From a virus (lineage: Duplodnaviria; Caudoviricetes), in the IMG/VR virus record IMGVR_UViG_3300029913_000001: a stretch of 64,000 nucleotides of DNA; one strand, written 5' to 3'. Each line of letters starts with the position of its first letter. Positions within the stretch are counted from its first letter, which is position 1. The notes under the pieces are model-generated. The model ran no database searches. It saw nothing but the letters and a program-made list of their open reading frames with translations, and had not been told where the DNA came from. A program made the translations under genes and the position numbers. Shown in pieces: positions 29,910-40,600 of this stretch.

Positions 29910-32900
29910 TTAAATAATGCCTCTTAACGGTGCAGTCGTTGTCATCGGAGAGAAGTGATGAATACCAGGGGGGATAATTGGCGAAATATTCCCAAGGTCG
30001 CCGCCGGAGTTCTTAAGACTCCACAATGCTTGAAAAATTGATGTTGGCGGGCGATCTCGAAAAATATTTCCGGTAATTGCAGGCGGAGTAAAAGTAATTT
30101 CGGTATTTGTCCAGGTATATGGAAAATTAGTTATACCGGTGGATTGTAATGTTTGATCTATAAATAAAATCAAATTATTATTAGCTATAGATGCTGTAAT
30201 CCCCGAATAATTAGATAAAGAATTAATATCATTAACCAAAGTTAATGCATCAGTTCCAGATCGAGTGATAACCCAATCATTTACATTAAATGACGGTGTA
30301 TTCAATACTAAATCTGACAGAGGAATACTTTTTGTAGATGCTAGTTGAGTATCAAGTGAGTACAAATAAATTGCTCCTGTATTATTGTTACTACCAGGGC
30401 TGCCTACTATTAACTGATTATTCTGTACGTCTAATGACATCCCAAAATAGTAATCTGTACCATTTGGCGGCTGTATAAATTGTGAAAGTGCGAAGCAAAA
30501 TCCTTCGATTTGAATGACACTCCCCGCTAATAAATTAGGAGAAAAACTAATATTAGTAGGATTATCACTCGGATATGAGTATTTCGAAGGTGATAATAAT
30601 TGTCCATTAACAGTTATTGAAGAAATAGATGAAAATGGATTTATTGTTGTTATGTTGGCCGTAGCTGCGGCTTTATAAGTTTTTTCAATAACTCTATTAA
30701 AAATTATAATTCCACCAAAATTACTATTAAATTGTGGTACGCCGACAGCTATTATTTCTCCTGCTGCGTCGCACGCCATCGATGTCCCAAACCCAGAATT
30801 TTGTCCCGTCGGATCAATTAAACTGCCTTGAAATTTATAATATTTGGTTAAGCCAGATACTGAAACAATATCCGAATCAGAAATTATTATATTTGGATTA
30901 ATTATATTAATCACATTACCCGAAGATATACTATAATCAATTCCGGGTACTAGAATATTTGGAATAGCATTAGGATAATTTAAAACAATTTTTATGCTAT
31001 ATTCATCTAGAATGCTGTTATTAACTGTAATTGAATTACTTGTCGTTGAAAGAACTGAATATGAAAGTAACGGAACCGTTTGCAGTGAATATACTGCTAT
31101 ACCGGCAAATCCCGCAGCGGTCATAGATTGAATTGAGACATATAACCAATTATTATCACTCATTGCAAAATTATAACCAAAATTTGAATTATTTAAAGTT
31201 GGCATGGTAACACCATCGCCGCTTAAAATTTGAGTGACAATTGGTACATTTAAGTCGTTTAATTGAGTAATATATACCTGTCCAATATTAGTAAGAATAT
31301 TATTGTATCTTGTTGTTGCTGAGATTGCTCCTATTCCTTGATGGCATATAACTTTTCGGCCCAAATTAAAGGTTGTCGGATTTAACGGCTCAATTGCATA
31401 TATTTTAGAATCTAACGCAGGTAGAGCAATATTATTTGAAGTAATTGTTTGTGATAACACTCGTATTTCTACTTCTCCAAAACCATCAGCCGATGATGGT
31501 TTTCCGGACCATATCATTTGTGAAGCAGAATCATAGAATAAAGAGGCAACTAAATCTTGATTAATTACATCCTCATATGCTATTTCGGTGGCATATGGGG
31601 TAATTAGTGTATATGCTGCTTCACCAAAAGAATCGGTTGTAACATATATATGATCGTCAACCGCTGATATATTACTTTCGGCTATAGATTTTCCTCTTAG
31701 ACTTCGGTTAGTCCATATTGACAATTCATCCCACGCCGGAACGTAACTAATATTTGAGATATTTGAATTTGCAAAATTACCTACAATCGTTAGATTTGCA
31801 TAGCTATTTGCAGTAGGTGCAATATAGTAATCTAAAATTTTAAAAGTTCCTCTGATGGAAATATTTGAATTAGTATCAGAATGATCAATAATAATAACAT
31901 CATTTTTAACTACTCCGATATCCGTCGAAATTCCAAAACTAATAGAATTAGATGTTAGTTGGGTTATAGAGTTTATTTTTGTGTTTGCTCCGGTAAAAGT
32001 TATAACATCCCATTGATTTGGTCCATCGGCAAGTGTATTAGACTCGATCCAAAATGAACCCTGATTTTCAGCGATTTTTAATATATTATCTTGTGAGGTG
32101 CTTTGCATCATTGTCGAAATATTTGCAAAGAATAATGATGCTTCATCTGATTCGATAAATTCTGGAATTTTTTGATAGGCCTGAGAAATAATATTTTCTG
32201 GTAATATTGGCCCGCCGTCAATGAATTTAGGATTGGTTAATTTAAGATTACCATAATTTTGAATAAAATCATTCTGCCAGTTAGTAGATTTTTCATATAG
32301 ATTAAATGGAGTAACTTGAATTGTTGAGGTATCGTTGATATCTGGAGTAGAGACAAACGATATAACCAATGGATTTTGTGTATTGGTTGAGGGTGGAAGA
32401 CTCACGTCACCATATCCGGTTCTAGCTGTGGCACCGTATTCACCGACTTTCATTGCGTATTCTTCATTTAATGAAACCTGGGTGTTAAACTTCGAGGTAG
32501 ACCCGCGTCCGTAACTGTTCAGCGCATTTACCGTGCCTTTTTCTTTAATCCATCCTCGATAAAAATTTGTTTGCCCGGCTGGATCGATGCCCAATGAAGA
32601 TAGCCAGTCTCGCTCGACGTACCCAATAGTGTTATTTCTTAGTGTCACTAAGTCTGTTAAATATGGTCGATAATTAATATTGTATGCATTACTTAAATCA
32701 ACAGCTTTAAGTGATAGGTTTGGTAGTAATTGATTTGTAAAAGTTGTAGAAATACGCTTAAATTGACTATATTGGAAAGAAGCAGCTCCTATAATGTCAG
32801 AGTTCGCGATGTAATTAAAATTTTTCCATTTAACCACTGCACCCAATAGATAATCTTTATTTGGAATCCAGGAATCAACTTGATTTGTTGTTAAAATAAA

Positions 32901-35900
32901 GCCAGGAATATCTAGAGAGCCAGTCCAGTTGGCTGTTTTCTGCCCAGATATTAAGAGTCTATTTTGTCGCGATCCAGTGACGGGGTCGTAAATTATATCA
33001 TTAAATTCTGAAACATTATTAATAACAAATCGGTGTTCATAGTTAACAATATTTGCAGCGATGCACGCAAATACGCTGCCGTCTTGATTTGTTATAGATA
33101 CTGTATTCCCAGTTCTATATACATCGAAATATTTAGGATCAACAGAATTACCATTTACATCGAGAACTAGACTAGACAGTGGATCCGATAAATCATATAA
33201 AGTTCCGGACGTTGCTGTGTATTCAATTATTGCAGAACTAGGATTAAGAACTAATGATAGATCATTGCTTCCCCAATTAACTAGACTCCATTTAACAAAT
33301 TGCAGAGCCGCATTTGACCAGTCGATTTTATCTTGATCGATGTTTACATTAAATGAAATTCCATTTGTTAATAAAAATTGACCATATCCTGCAAGAAAAT
33401 TAATAACCGATTGCTGATCCGGCAATGTTGTATTATAAGGTATAATTGTTGTTTTACTACTGAAAATAGCAGGATATGTAAAGTTATTATTTCCAACTCC
33501 CAACGGAATCGACGCCGCGGTGGTGGCAGCGGCATAAATGGTAAAGTATGGATTATTACGATTGTATCCAGTTATTTTATACCCCGTATTATTGCCGGCA
33601 ATTGAGATAATTACCCCACTATAATTGATTGTACCTACCGGGGTGCTAGTATTAAGGAACAAGGAGTAATCGGCATCCGGGATCATTTCCTCGGCCCCGA
33701 CATCTGCTGGGTTGTTCGGCGAAGCAAATACCGATAAATTTTGAACATCGGTAAATCCTGCCATACTGTAAGCTAATTCTACAAATGTAGAATTTAATGT
33801 TGTTCTTAATATAGAAGGATCCTGCCCATTGCGTCGAATATATTCTACTGAATAATTAACGATGCTATTAACAGGGGTTGCATCGACGCTATTAATTATT
33901 ATCTGATTATTTGAAGCGAAAAAATTATTTTGAAATTTAAATTGATATGCCCCGTTCGTTGGGGTATAATTATTCATATCCCACGTGGTACCTAGCATGA
34001 ATAAAGGATTTTGAAGAATTAATGCGCGTAATCTTGAAAACGGATATATGCTACTTCGTTTCCAAGCAGTTTCTACTGGGCCGCAGTCTCCATAAATAAA
34101 TCCATCGGGTGAGGAGCTATTATTAAATGTTCCTACTACTGCCTCATTAGGATTCAATAAAATACCATTTTCGTTCACGGGAATAACATCCAGCATTCCC
34201 ACTCTGGTTCCATAACTACTAAGGGAAATGCCATTTGGATTACGAATAATACCATTTGCAATATCATTCCACATTACATTATTTTCGCCGGTATATGGTG
34301 CTGGACCATATGTTGCATCCCACCATGACGGCTTAATCGACAGATTAAGCATTTCCCATGGACGAGTATTTACATTCTCGGAATTATAGAACCAATCATA
34401 AATTCCCCTCCAGTATCCTAATAATGGTTGCCCAAATTTATCAAGACTTGAATTCCAGTTCCAGGTAAATAGATTATTCTCGTCGTAGAAATTATTATCT
34501 GAACTGATATTATATTGTGCCGTCCATTCATAAAACATTCTTTGCGAAATATTTAATTGTTCGGCTTCAGAATAAACGCCGGTTGCAAATTTACTTGTTT
34601 GATGAACCCGGGTTTCTATAATATCAACCCACTGTTGATTGTTAACCTTAAGATTATTATATACACGTAATTCATAATCCAAAAGTAAATTATCACGATA
34701 ATCATTGAAGCATTCTGTTATGCTTCCGTCATGACCTTGAATAACTTTTCTAGGAGTTTGATATGTATAATCGATATACATTTGCGGAATGAATGCCGCA
34801 GCAAGACCTAACTTAGTTGGAGTTGCCGGTATGAAAGATCCACTAGTGTTGGAAATCTCATATATATTAATTAAATCTTTTAGGTTTAATGTTCGTAATA
34901 TAGTTAGTATATTATCTGTAGTTTTATAATCAATTCCATACGTAAGTTGGGTTCCATTTATGTAAACCTGTAACGATTGATAATTTGAAGCATTCCAATT
35001 ATAAACTTGTGTTAAATTAAATGTAACAGCTCTAACATTAGAAACTGTTATCGACGTTTGCTTCCCGCCCCAGTAACACATATCGCTTGAAGCCCAGGGT
35101 TGGCCAGATGTGTAAATCGAGGCAATAGTCTGTAATGCGGTATCAACCACCTGTTTCGATGATAAATTTTGCGCATTTGAAATCTGGGAAAACGTATTAA
35201 TTAATTTTTGTTTAAAGGAAATATAGTCTTCACCCGCTGATCTAATAGCCTGATCTATATCAAACTGGGGGTTTGTTAATAATAGGGCTGGCAAAATTGG
35301 TAATGATTCTTGATATAGCATACTTCCAGCAACGCCCTGATAAGAATTAAGCTGTAAGTCTATTATGCGGCTAGAATCATTTGCGTTAACCTGGCTTGTA
35401 GTAGCATGATCTCTAATATTACTCATTGTTAATACAGGCAAACTTTGGCCTAGAGGATTATTGCTAAATGCCGAAGGAACGTCGTACCAAGCATTTGTTA
35501 TTGGTGTTGCACTTTGAATTTTAAGAAAAACAACACTATTTACAGAGATTAGATCAAATTTAATGGTAACAACAATTTTTTCACCGAGTTGGACAACGGT
35601 AAATTGATCGGCTGATAGTTTGGTGCCATCTACAAAAATCTGTGGTGACAATCCATTTAATAATGTTCCAACCATTCGAATAATATTCGATCCAAAAGCG
35701 ACAGTATTTTGATATAATTGCCTATCACCGTTAACATATTGCCACGCATCATATATTGATTCATCATGGGAAATCGAATCAATTTGGTGCGCTCTTCCTA
35801 TAATAATGCTTTGCGGATTGGTTCCTGTAGTTAGATAGGAAAAAGTATCAGATACATAATTATTTGTAAAAATAACATCGTTTAGATTGCCAATTGGACC

Positions 35901-37232
35901 ATATGACAGCGGAAATCCCAATACAGAATCATTTAATCCTACTCCAATTTCATATGAAAAAAGACTGCTGCCGGCAAAATCTGAATCTGGATAAAATGAA
36001 ACATTAGCAAGACTATTACCATTCAGATCAAACACATCAAATAACGGCGCCTGATTAATACCGGTTTTATTCTGCGAGGATACAGCCCAATTTGATCCGT
36101 CAAATATTATTGTCTCATTGCTGCTTGTAACCAATGTACAATTATTCTCGACCGCGACTTGCGATGGGGAAAGATGAATTACAAAGTTATTTGTATTATT
36201 TGGATCAATAAAATTAACGGTATAAAGTGTTGCTCGTACGTTGCTGTTTTTGTCGCCGGCAAAAATTACACTATCACCAGATTTTAGTGATGTACCATTA
36301 TATGAAAAACTAGCTGCACCTTGTACAATTGAAAAAGCATTAGGTGTGTAAAAATCGACGTATGTAACTGGTGATAGACCAATTCTTCCCTGATCAAATA
36401 AAACTAAAGGTATAAATTCAATTATTGGCCGATTTGCTGCTATGAAACTCTGGGGAGTATTTTCCAAGGACAGCGCTGATATTATAGCATTGACTGTATC
36501 TTTATGTACCCATAAGTTTGAGCGACTCCATAAATTAAGATCTGGAGCAGAACGGTTTATTGTCAAATAATCAGGAGGATTATTTTGATCGGCGGCAAAC
36601 GAAGGAGTTAGAATGTTTGTTAACGGAATTAAAACAATTTCTTTTCCAACACCTTCAACAATATAACTTACGTTAGCAATTGATACAATCATGCCGTCTA
36701 ATAATGTTATATTATCTGATGTTATATAAGAAATATGGCCCTGCACATTATTAATAGAATCATTAATTTCTATGCTATTATTCCAGTACCATGCATTAAC
36801 GGATTGAATATTATCTACCGGTTGATACAGCCAATAATAATTTTGATAATTTATTAATTTGTCGATGTCGACAAATCCCTTCCAACTATACATTCCGGAA
36901 GTTAATATTCGAGCCCAGTCAGATACGATGCCATCTTTGTTTGAGGTAGCATTAAGTACATCAATAAAATTAGAAATATTGGTTATGTTATTTTGGTCGT
37001 CTGTCGTAACAAACGCTGATTCTAATTGATAATTCTGCCTAGGCGCGGTTGACTCTAATAGGTAAGAGCCGTCTAGCAATGTGCCATTTTTCCATTGTCT
37101 TCCGATATAACCATTAAATCTAGATAGTTGTGGTGGGGAAGTTAGCACATCTAACGTGCTATCTAGAAATCTTTTATTCGGACGCGTTCGTAAATATGGC
37201 GGTAAAAAATCTATTGTTTTTGATATTGGCAT
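29910..37232 (-). CDS. very large baseplate/tail structural protein
   Basis: 2440 aa; MPISKTIDFLP start, FG-GAP-like FGTSMA/FGMSLD...GSPG repeats; TAAATA 5 nt upstream. Confidence 0.75.
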   Translation of the reverse strand: MPISKTIDFLPPYLRTRPNKRFLDSTLDVLTSPPQLSRFNGYIGRQWKNGTLLDGSYLLESTAPRQNYQLESAFVTTDDQNNITNISNFIDVLNATSNKDGIVSDWARILTSGMYSWKGFVDIDKLINYQNYYWLYQPVDNIQSVNAWYWNNSIEINDSINNVQGHISYITSDNITLLDGMIVSIANVSYIVEGVGKEIVLIPLTNILTPSFAADQNNPPDYLTINRSAPDLNLWSRSNLWVHKDTVNAIISALSLENTPQSFIAANRPIIEFIPLVLFDQGRIGLSPVTYVDFYTPNAFSIVQGAASFSYNGTSLKSGDSVIFAGDKNSNVRATLYTVNFIDPNNTNNFVIHLSPSQVAVENNCTLVTSSNETIIFDGSNWAVSSQNKTGINQAPLFDVFDLNGNSLANVSFYPDSDFAGSSLFSYEIGVGLNDSVLGFPLSYGPIGNLNDVIFTNNYVSDTFSYLTTGTNPQSIIIGRAHQIDSISHDESIYDAWQYVNGDRQLYQNTVAFGSNIIRMVGTLLNGLSPQIFVDGTKLSADQFTVVQLGEKIVVTIKFDLISVNSVVFLKIQSATPITNAWYDVPSAFSNNPLGQSLPVLTMSNIRDHATTSQVNANDSSRIIDLQLNSYQGVAGSMLYQESLPILPALLLTNPQFDIDQAIRSAGEDYISFKQKLINTFSQISNAQNLSSKQVVDTALQTIASIYTSGQPWASSDMCYWGGKQTSITVSNVRAVTFNLTQVYNWNASNYQSLQVYINGTQLTYGIDYKTTDNILTILRTLNLKDLINIYEISNTSGSFIPATPTKLGLAAAFIPQMYIDYTYQTPRKVIQGHDGSITECFNDYRDNLLLDYELRVYNNLKVNNQQWVDIIETRVHQTSKFATGVYSEAEQLNISQRMFYEWTAQYNISSDNNFYDENNLFTWNWNSSLDKFGQPLLGYWRGIYDWFYNSENVNTRPWEMLNLSIKPSWWDATYGPAPYTGENNVMWNDIANGIIRNPNGISLSSYGTRVGMLDVIPVNENGILLNPNEAVVGTFNNSSSPDGFIYGDCGPVETAWKRSSIYPFSRLRALILQNPLFMLGTTWDMNNYTPTNGAYQFKFQNNFFASNNQIIINSVDATPVNSIVNYSVEYIRRNGQDPSILRTTLNSTFVELAYSMAGFTDVQNLSVFASPNNPADVGAEEMIPDADYSLFLNTSTPVGTINYSGVIISIAGNNTGYKITGYNRNNPYFTIYAAATTAASIPLGVGNNNFTYPAIFSSKTTIIPYNTTLPDQQSVINFLAGYGQFLLTNGISFNVNIDQDKIDWSNAALQFVKWSLVNWGSNDLSLVLNPSSAIIEYTATSGTLYDLSDPLSSLVLDVNGNSVDPKYFDVYRTGNTVSITNQDGSVFACIAANIVNYEHRFVINNVSEFNDIIYDPVTGSRQNRLLISGQKTANWTGSLDIPGFILTTNQVDSWIPNKDYLLGAVVKWKNFNYIANSDIIGAASFQYSQFKRISTTFTNQLLPNLSLKAVDLSNAYNINYRPYLTDLVTLRNNTIGYVERDWLSSLGIDPAGQTNFYRGWIKEKGTVNALNSYGRGSTSKFNTQVSLNEEYAMKVGEYGATARTGYGDVSLPPSTNTQNPLVISFVSTPDINDTSTIQVTPFNLYEKSTNWQNDFIQNYGNLKLTNPKFIDGGPILPENIISQAYQKIPEFIESDEASLFFANISTMMQSTSQDNILKIAENQGSFWIESNTLADGPNQWDVITFTGANTKINSITQLTSNSISFGISTDIGVVKNDVIIIDHSDTNSNISIRGTFKILDYYIAPTANSYANLTIVGNFANSNISNISYVPAWDELSIWTNRSLRGKSIAESNISAVDDHIYVTTDSFGEAAYTLITPYATEIAYEDVINQDLVASLFYDSASQMIWSGKPSSADGFGEVEIRVLSQTITSNNIALPALDSKIYAIEPLNPTTFNLGRKVICHQGIGAISATTRYNNILTNIGQVYITQLNDLNVPIVTQILSGDGVTMPTLNNSNFGYNFAMSDNNWLYVSIQSMTAAGFAGIAVYSLQTVPLLSYSVLSTTSNSITVNNSILDEYSIKIVLNYPNAIPNILVPGIDYSISSGNVINIINPNIIISDSDIVSVSGLTKYYKFQGSLIDPTGQNSGFGTSMACDAAGEIIAVGVPQFNSNFGGIIIFNRVIEKTYKAAATANITTINPFSSISSITVNGQLLSPSKYSYPSDNPTNISFSPNLLAGSVIQIEGFCFALSQFIQPPNGTDYYFGMSLDVQNNQLIVGSPGSNNNTGAIYLYSLDTQLASTKSIPLSDLVLNTPSFNVNDWVITRSGTDALTLVNDINSLSNYSGITASIANNNLILFIDQTLQSTGITNFPYTWTNTEITFTPPAITGNIFRDRPPTSIFQALWSLKNSGGDLGNISPIIPPGIHHFSPMTTTAPLRGII

Positions 37233-37263
37233 AAGTATATTTATGCTTTGAAAAATAGTAGAT

Positions 37264-37635
37264 TTAGAGCCTGTTAATGTAGTTACCTATTTGGTCTAAA
37301 AACAAGGATGGGGGAGGAAGTTTCATTATGGACCTACCTGTGCTCCAGATGTAGCTGATCTCCACGTTCTTGATCCAGATATGATGACTGCTTGACTGGA
37401 CCTCAGCCCCCGACACCATGCTTGCCCAGTAATTGGATGGGTGAGAACCGCTCTCCGCAGGGACAGCCGCCGTCAGGATCGTAATTCCGTCGCTGGCGTA
37501 GACCGCTGGGGTGCCGATTGGAGCGAGAACATTAACATCCGTCTCCCCGGTGATTCCCGCGCCGTTATCAAACAGGAAGCCGAAGTCGTAGCTCCCATCC
37601 GAGTTGCTCTGCATAGTTGTGATTCTGTCTGCCAT
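37264..37635 (-). CDS. hypothetical protein in the GC-rich island (start MADRITT)
   Basis: SD AAGGAG upstream; GC-rich codon usage. Confidence 0.55.
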   Translation of the reverse strand: MADRITTMQSNSDGSYDFGFLFDNGAGITGETDVNVLAPIGTPAVYASDGITILTAAVPAESGSHPSNYWASMVSGAEVQSSSHHIWIKNVEISYIWSTGRSIMKLPPPSLFLDQIGNYINRL

Positions 37636-37643
37636 GATGCTCC

Positions 37644-40600
37644 TTAGTTTCCTTCGCAGTGATAGAAGAGGTTGCCGGTCAGTGATGGGAAGGTGAACGT
37701 CACCGCCGTGTTGCTTTGTGCGCTGTTGTAGACGTTGGTTGCCAGCGTTGTACTCGCGTTCGCCGTGCAAAACGCCGCATTTGTCCATCCAGAATTGGCA
37801 AAGGTGATAGTCACGGATGTTGCCGCGCTCAGGCCGGTGATCTCGCCACCCGCATTGGTGGAGTAGGCCGCGATAGTTCCCGCTGAGGTTATGGGCGCTG
37901 TTGCTGTGATGTGCTGAGTGCCGTTCAACCAGGTTCCCACCGTTGCAGTGTTGCCCACCGTTGAGGTGTTGCTGCCGTTCCCAACTGCTCCGTTGCCAAT
38001 CACATTTTCATTCGTGTCGCCGCTGGCCTTTGCCTCCGTGTTAGCGCCTAGGTAGACGCTGTTTGAAGAGGTTGCGTTGGCTGTCGAACCGTCGCTGATA
38101 AATTGACCAGCCTGGTAACCCTGCGCGGAGTTGTAGTTGCCGGTCGTGTTGGAGTAGAGGACATTGTACCCCTGCGCGGAGTTGTAGTTGCCGGTCGTGT
38201 TGGAGTAGAGGGCATTGTACCCCTGCGCGGAGTTGTAGCTGCCGGTCGTGTTATATGTTCCGCCCCCGCCCTCGAAAATGTTGTGCAAAGAAGCCAAGCC
38301 TTGATACAGCATGGTAGTCGATACTGCGCCAGTCGAGTCTTTCCCCGTGTACGAAAAGGTTGTGATGGGGTTGATCTTCTTTGCGCTGATCGCTATCGTC
38401 CCGTTAAAAGCCGCAGTCGGCGTGTAGGTAAGCGAAGTTCCATTCGCCTTCGGACTGAATGTGAGTGTGCTGCTTGCCGCCGTGCTGCTGGTATACGTCT
38501 GTGCTGTCCCGATTGCGACTGTTACCGTCCCACTGCCCGTGTTGCCTGTTATTCCTGCCGAAATCTGGTAAAAACTTCCACTCGTAAATCCTGTGCAAGT
38601 CAGCGGTGCGGTCGTTCCAGGTGCAACGTAGTTGGGATAAGTCCCTGTCCAGCCGGTGCCGCTGCATGTTCCGCTGGTGGTCAGTTCTGGTCCAAGCGAG
38701 GCGGAATCTGTGGCTGATGTGGCTGCCGGAGATGTAATCGAGCCTACAGTTAGGATCGGAGTGCTCAAACCTCCGATTGGAGTCAGGGTCCCCGAATCGT
38801 TCAGCGTCATAAGCGACTGCCATGCAGTTCCGCTGCTATTCGGAGCCCACCACTGATGGGCATAAGAAGACGCCCCGGTATAGAGTCCCGTGTACCAGTC
38901 TGCCTCTCCGTTTCCCGTGGAGGCGTTGAAGCCCGCCATTGCCTCAGATTGAGACGCGAACGGAAGCACGCCACCTGCATAGAGATTAGCGCCCCCGACG
39001 CTACCAAACGAGCGGATAGAGCTTGCTTCCAGCGTGATTGTATTTCCATATTTGCAAACTCCATTGTATTGATTGCAAAAGGTGTTAGTACCTGTTGGGT
39101 CGGTTACAGCATACCCATCAAATGATCCGAAAAAGAAGTTTCCTGCATTAGTCGTCGTGTTGTTGATGACGATCCCGTTGTTCGTGTCCCAGATAGAGAG
39201 GTTGGTCCAATAATTCTGCTGCCAGGTGCCCGCTCCATCGATTTGGATTCCAATATCGCCGGGGATCAGGGCCTGAAAATTGTCCGCGATAAAGTTATTT
39301 CGTGCTATCAGTCCCGTCGATGTCGGATTGATTTCCGTGCCGATGATCGAATATGAATCCTGCACCCCATTAAAGCTTACCGAGTTGATGAAACCTGTCG
39401 TTGTGGCTGTGAGGTATCGACCGTATTGAAAGCCCTCAATCGTCACATCGTTGAACGCGACCGTGTAAATCGACTGCGTAGCCGCGTTCGTTGCAGATAT
39501 ATAGATCGCAGTGCCCGTTCTGACGGGATAGGCGGTGAGTTTCGAGTGCTCTAAGGTTGTCTGACTTCCATCGCGGTAATTGTCAGTATAGCTTATGACT
39601 TCGCCAGAGAATGCCGCTTGATTTGAGGCGTCAAACCAACATCCGGTGATGATAGAATTGTTGTTCTGAATCACCATCGTTTCAGCGGCGGTCGTCGGCT
39701 GAAATTCCTGCCCAAAGTCGCATTGTAACTTCTGGCCGTTCCCTATAGTAATCTGCGCCATTGGGAAGACGCCTGTGCCAAGTCCGCGTGTATCGCATGT
39801 TCCTTTTCCAGACGGCAGCGCGGCAAGGCAGGCATTGATCTTTGCACCCACATCTGCGCCGGGAAACTGTGCCACAGAATAAACTCCATTCACAGCGCCA
39901 GCCGCGACGTTGCCTGAGAACGATGCGCTGGTGCCGCTGAGTGCGCCGGTCAGCGTGCCGCCAGTGAGGGGAAGATAGCTGCCGCTACCGCCTGCGCACC
40001 CCGTCGTTGTAAGCGCCCCGCCTGTGCCGTTGGCGCAGACCGGAGACGTGCTGGGAGTGATGTTAGTAGGAATAATCGCCGGAGAAGACATCGATCCTGG
40101 AACTAGAAAATTTCCGCTTGGATCAAGCGTCGCACAGAGAGATGGATTATTGGACCCGTACATGCAGTACCACTTGAAACCTGCTGTGTTGAAGGTTTTG
40201 AGATAAGCACCGAATGCTGCGCCCTGCTGGTAATAGTTTCCACCAGCACCGTTTACCCCGAAACCGTAGCCAGTTAGATTCTCTCCAGCGGAAGTAACCC
40301 CATTATTGAGCAGAGAAGAGTTAGTCTGAAAAGAAGTCGTCGCCGTTCCATTCGTGGCTGTACCAGAAGCGAAACTATTATTACTGACGTTTCCCCATAT
40401 CGGGCTGAAGTAACTTAAGCTTCCAATCGAAGCTGCAAAGGTGTTTGTGTTTTGAAATACAGCGCCGGTGCCGTCTATAGAAGCGCCTCCGCCGATGAAG
40501 CTATTTTGTATAAAACTTGTGCCTGAGTACAGAATTCCGACACCACCAATTCCGCTCGGATTTTCATAGGTATAGCCAAAAAACGTATTATTAATCGCAT

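Noticed and set aside
38119-38252. Regular repeats as a possible CRISPR array
   Set aside because: The 51 bp units are contiguous, in frame and encode a 17 aa protein repeat, with no unique spacers. I saw no CRISPR array or cas gene anywhere in the window.
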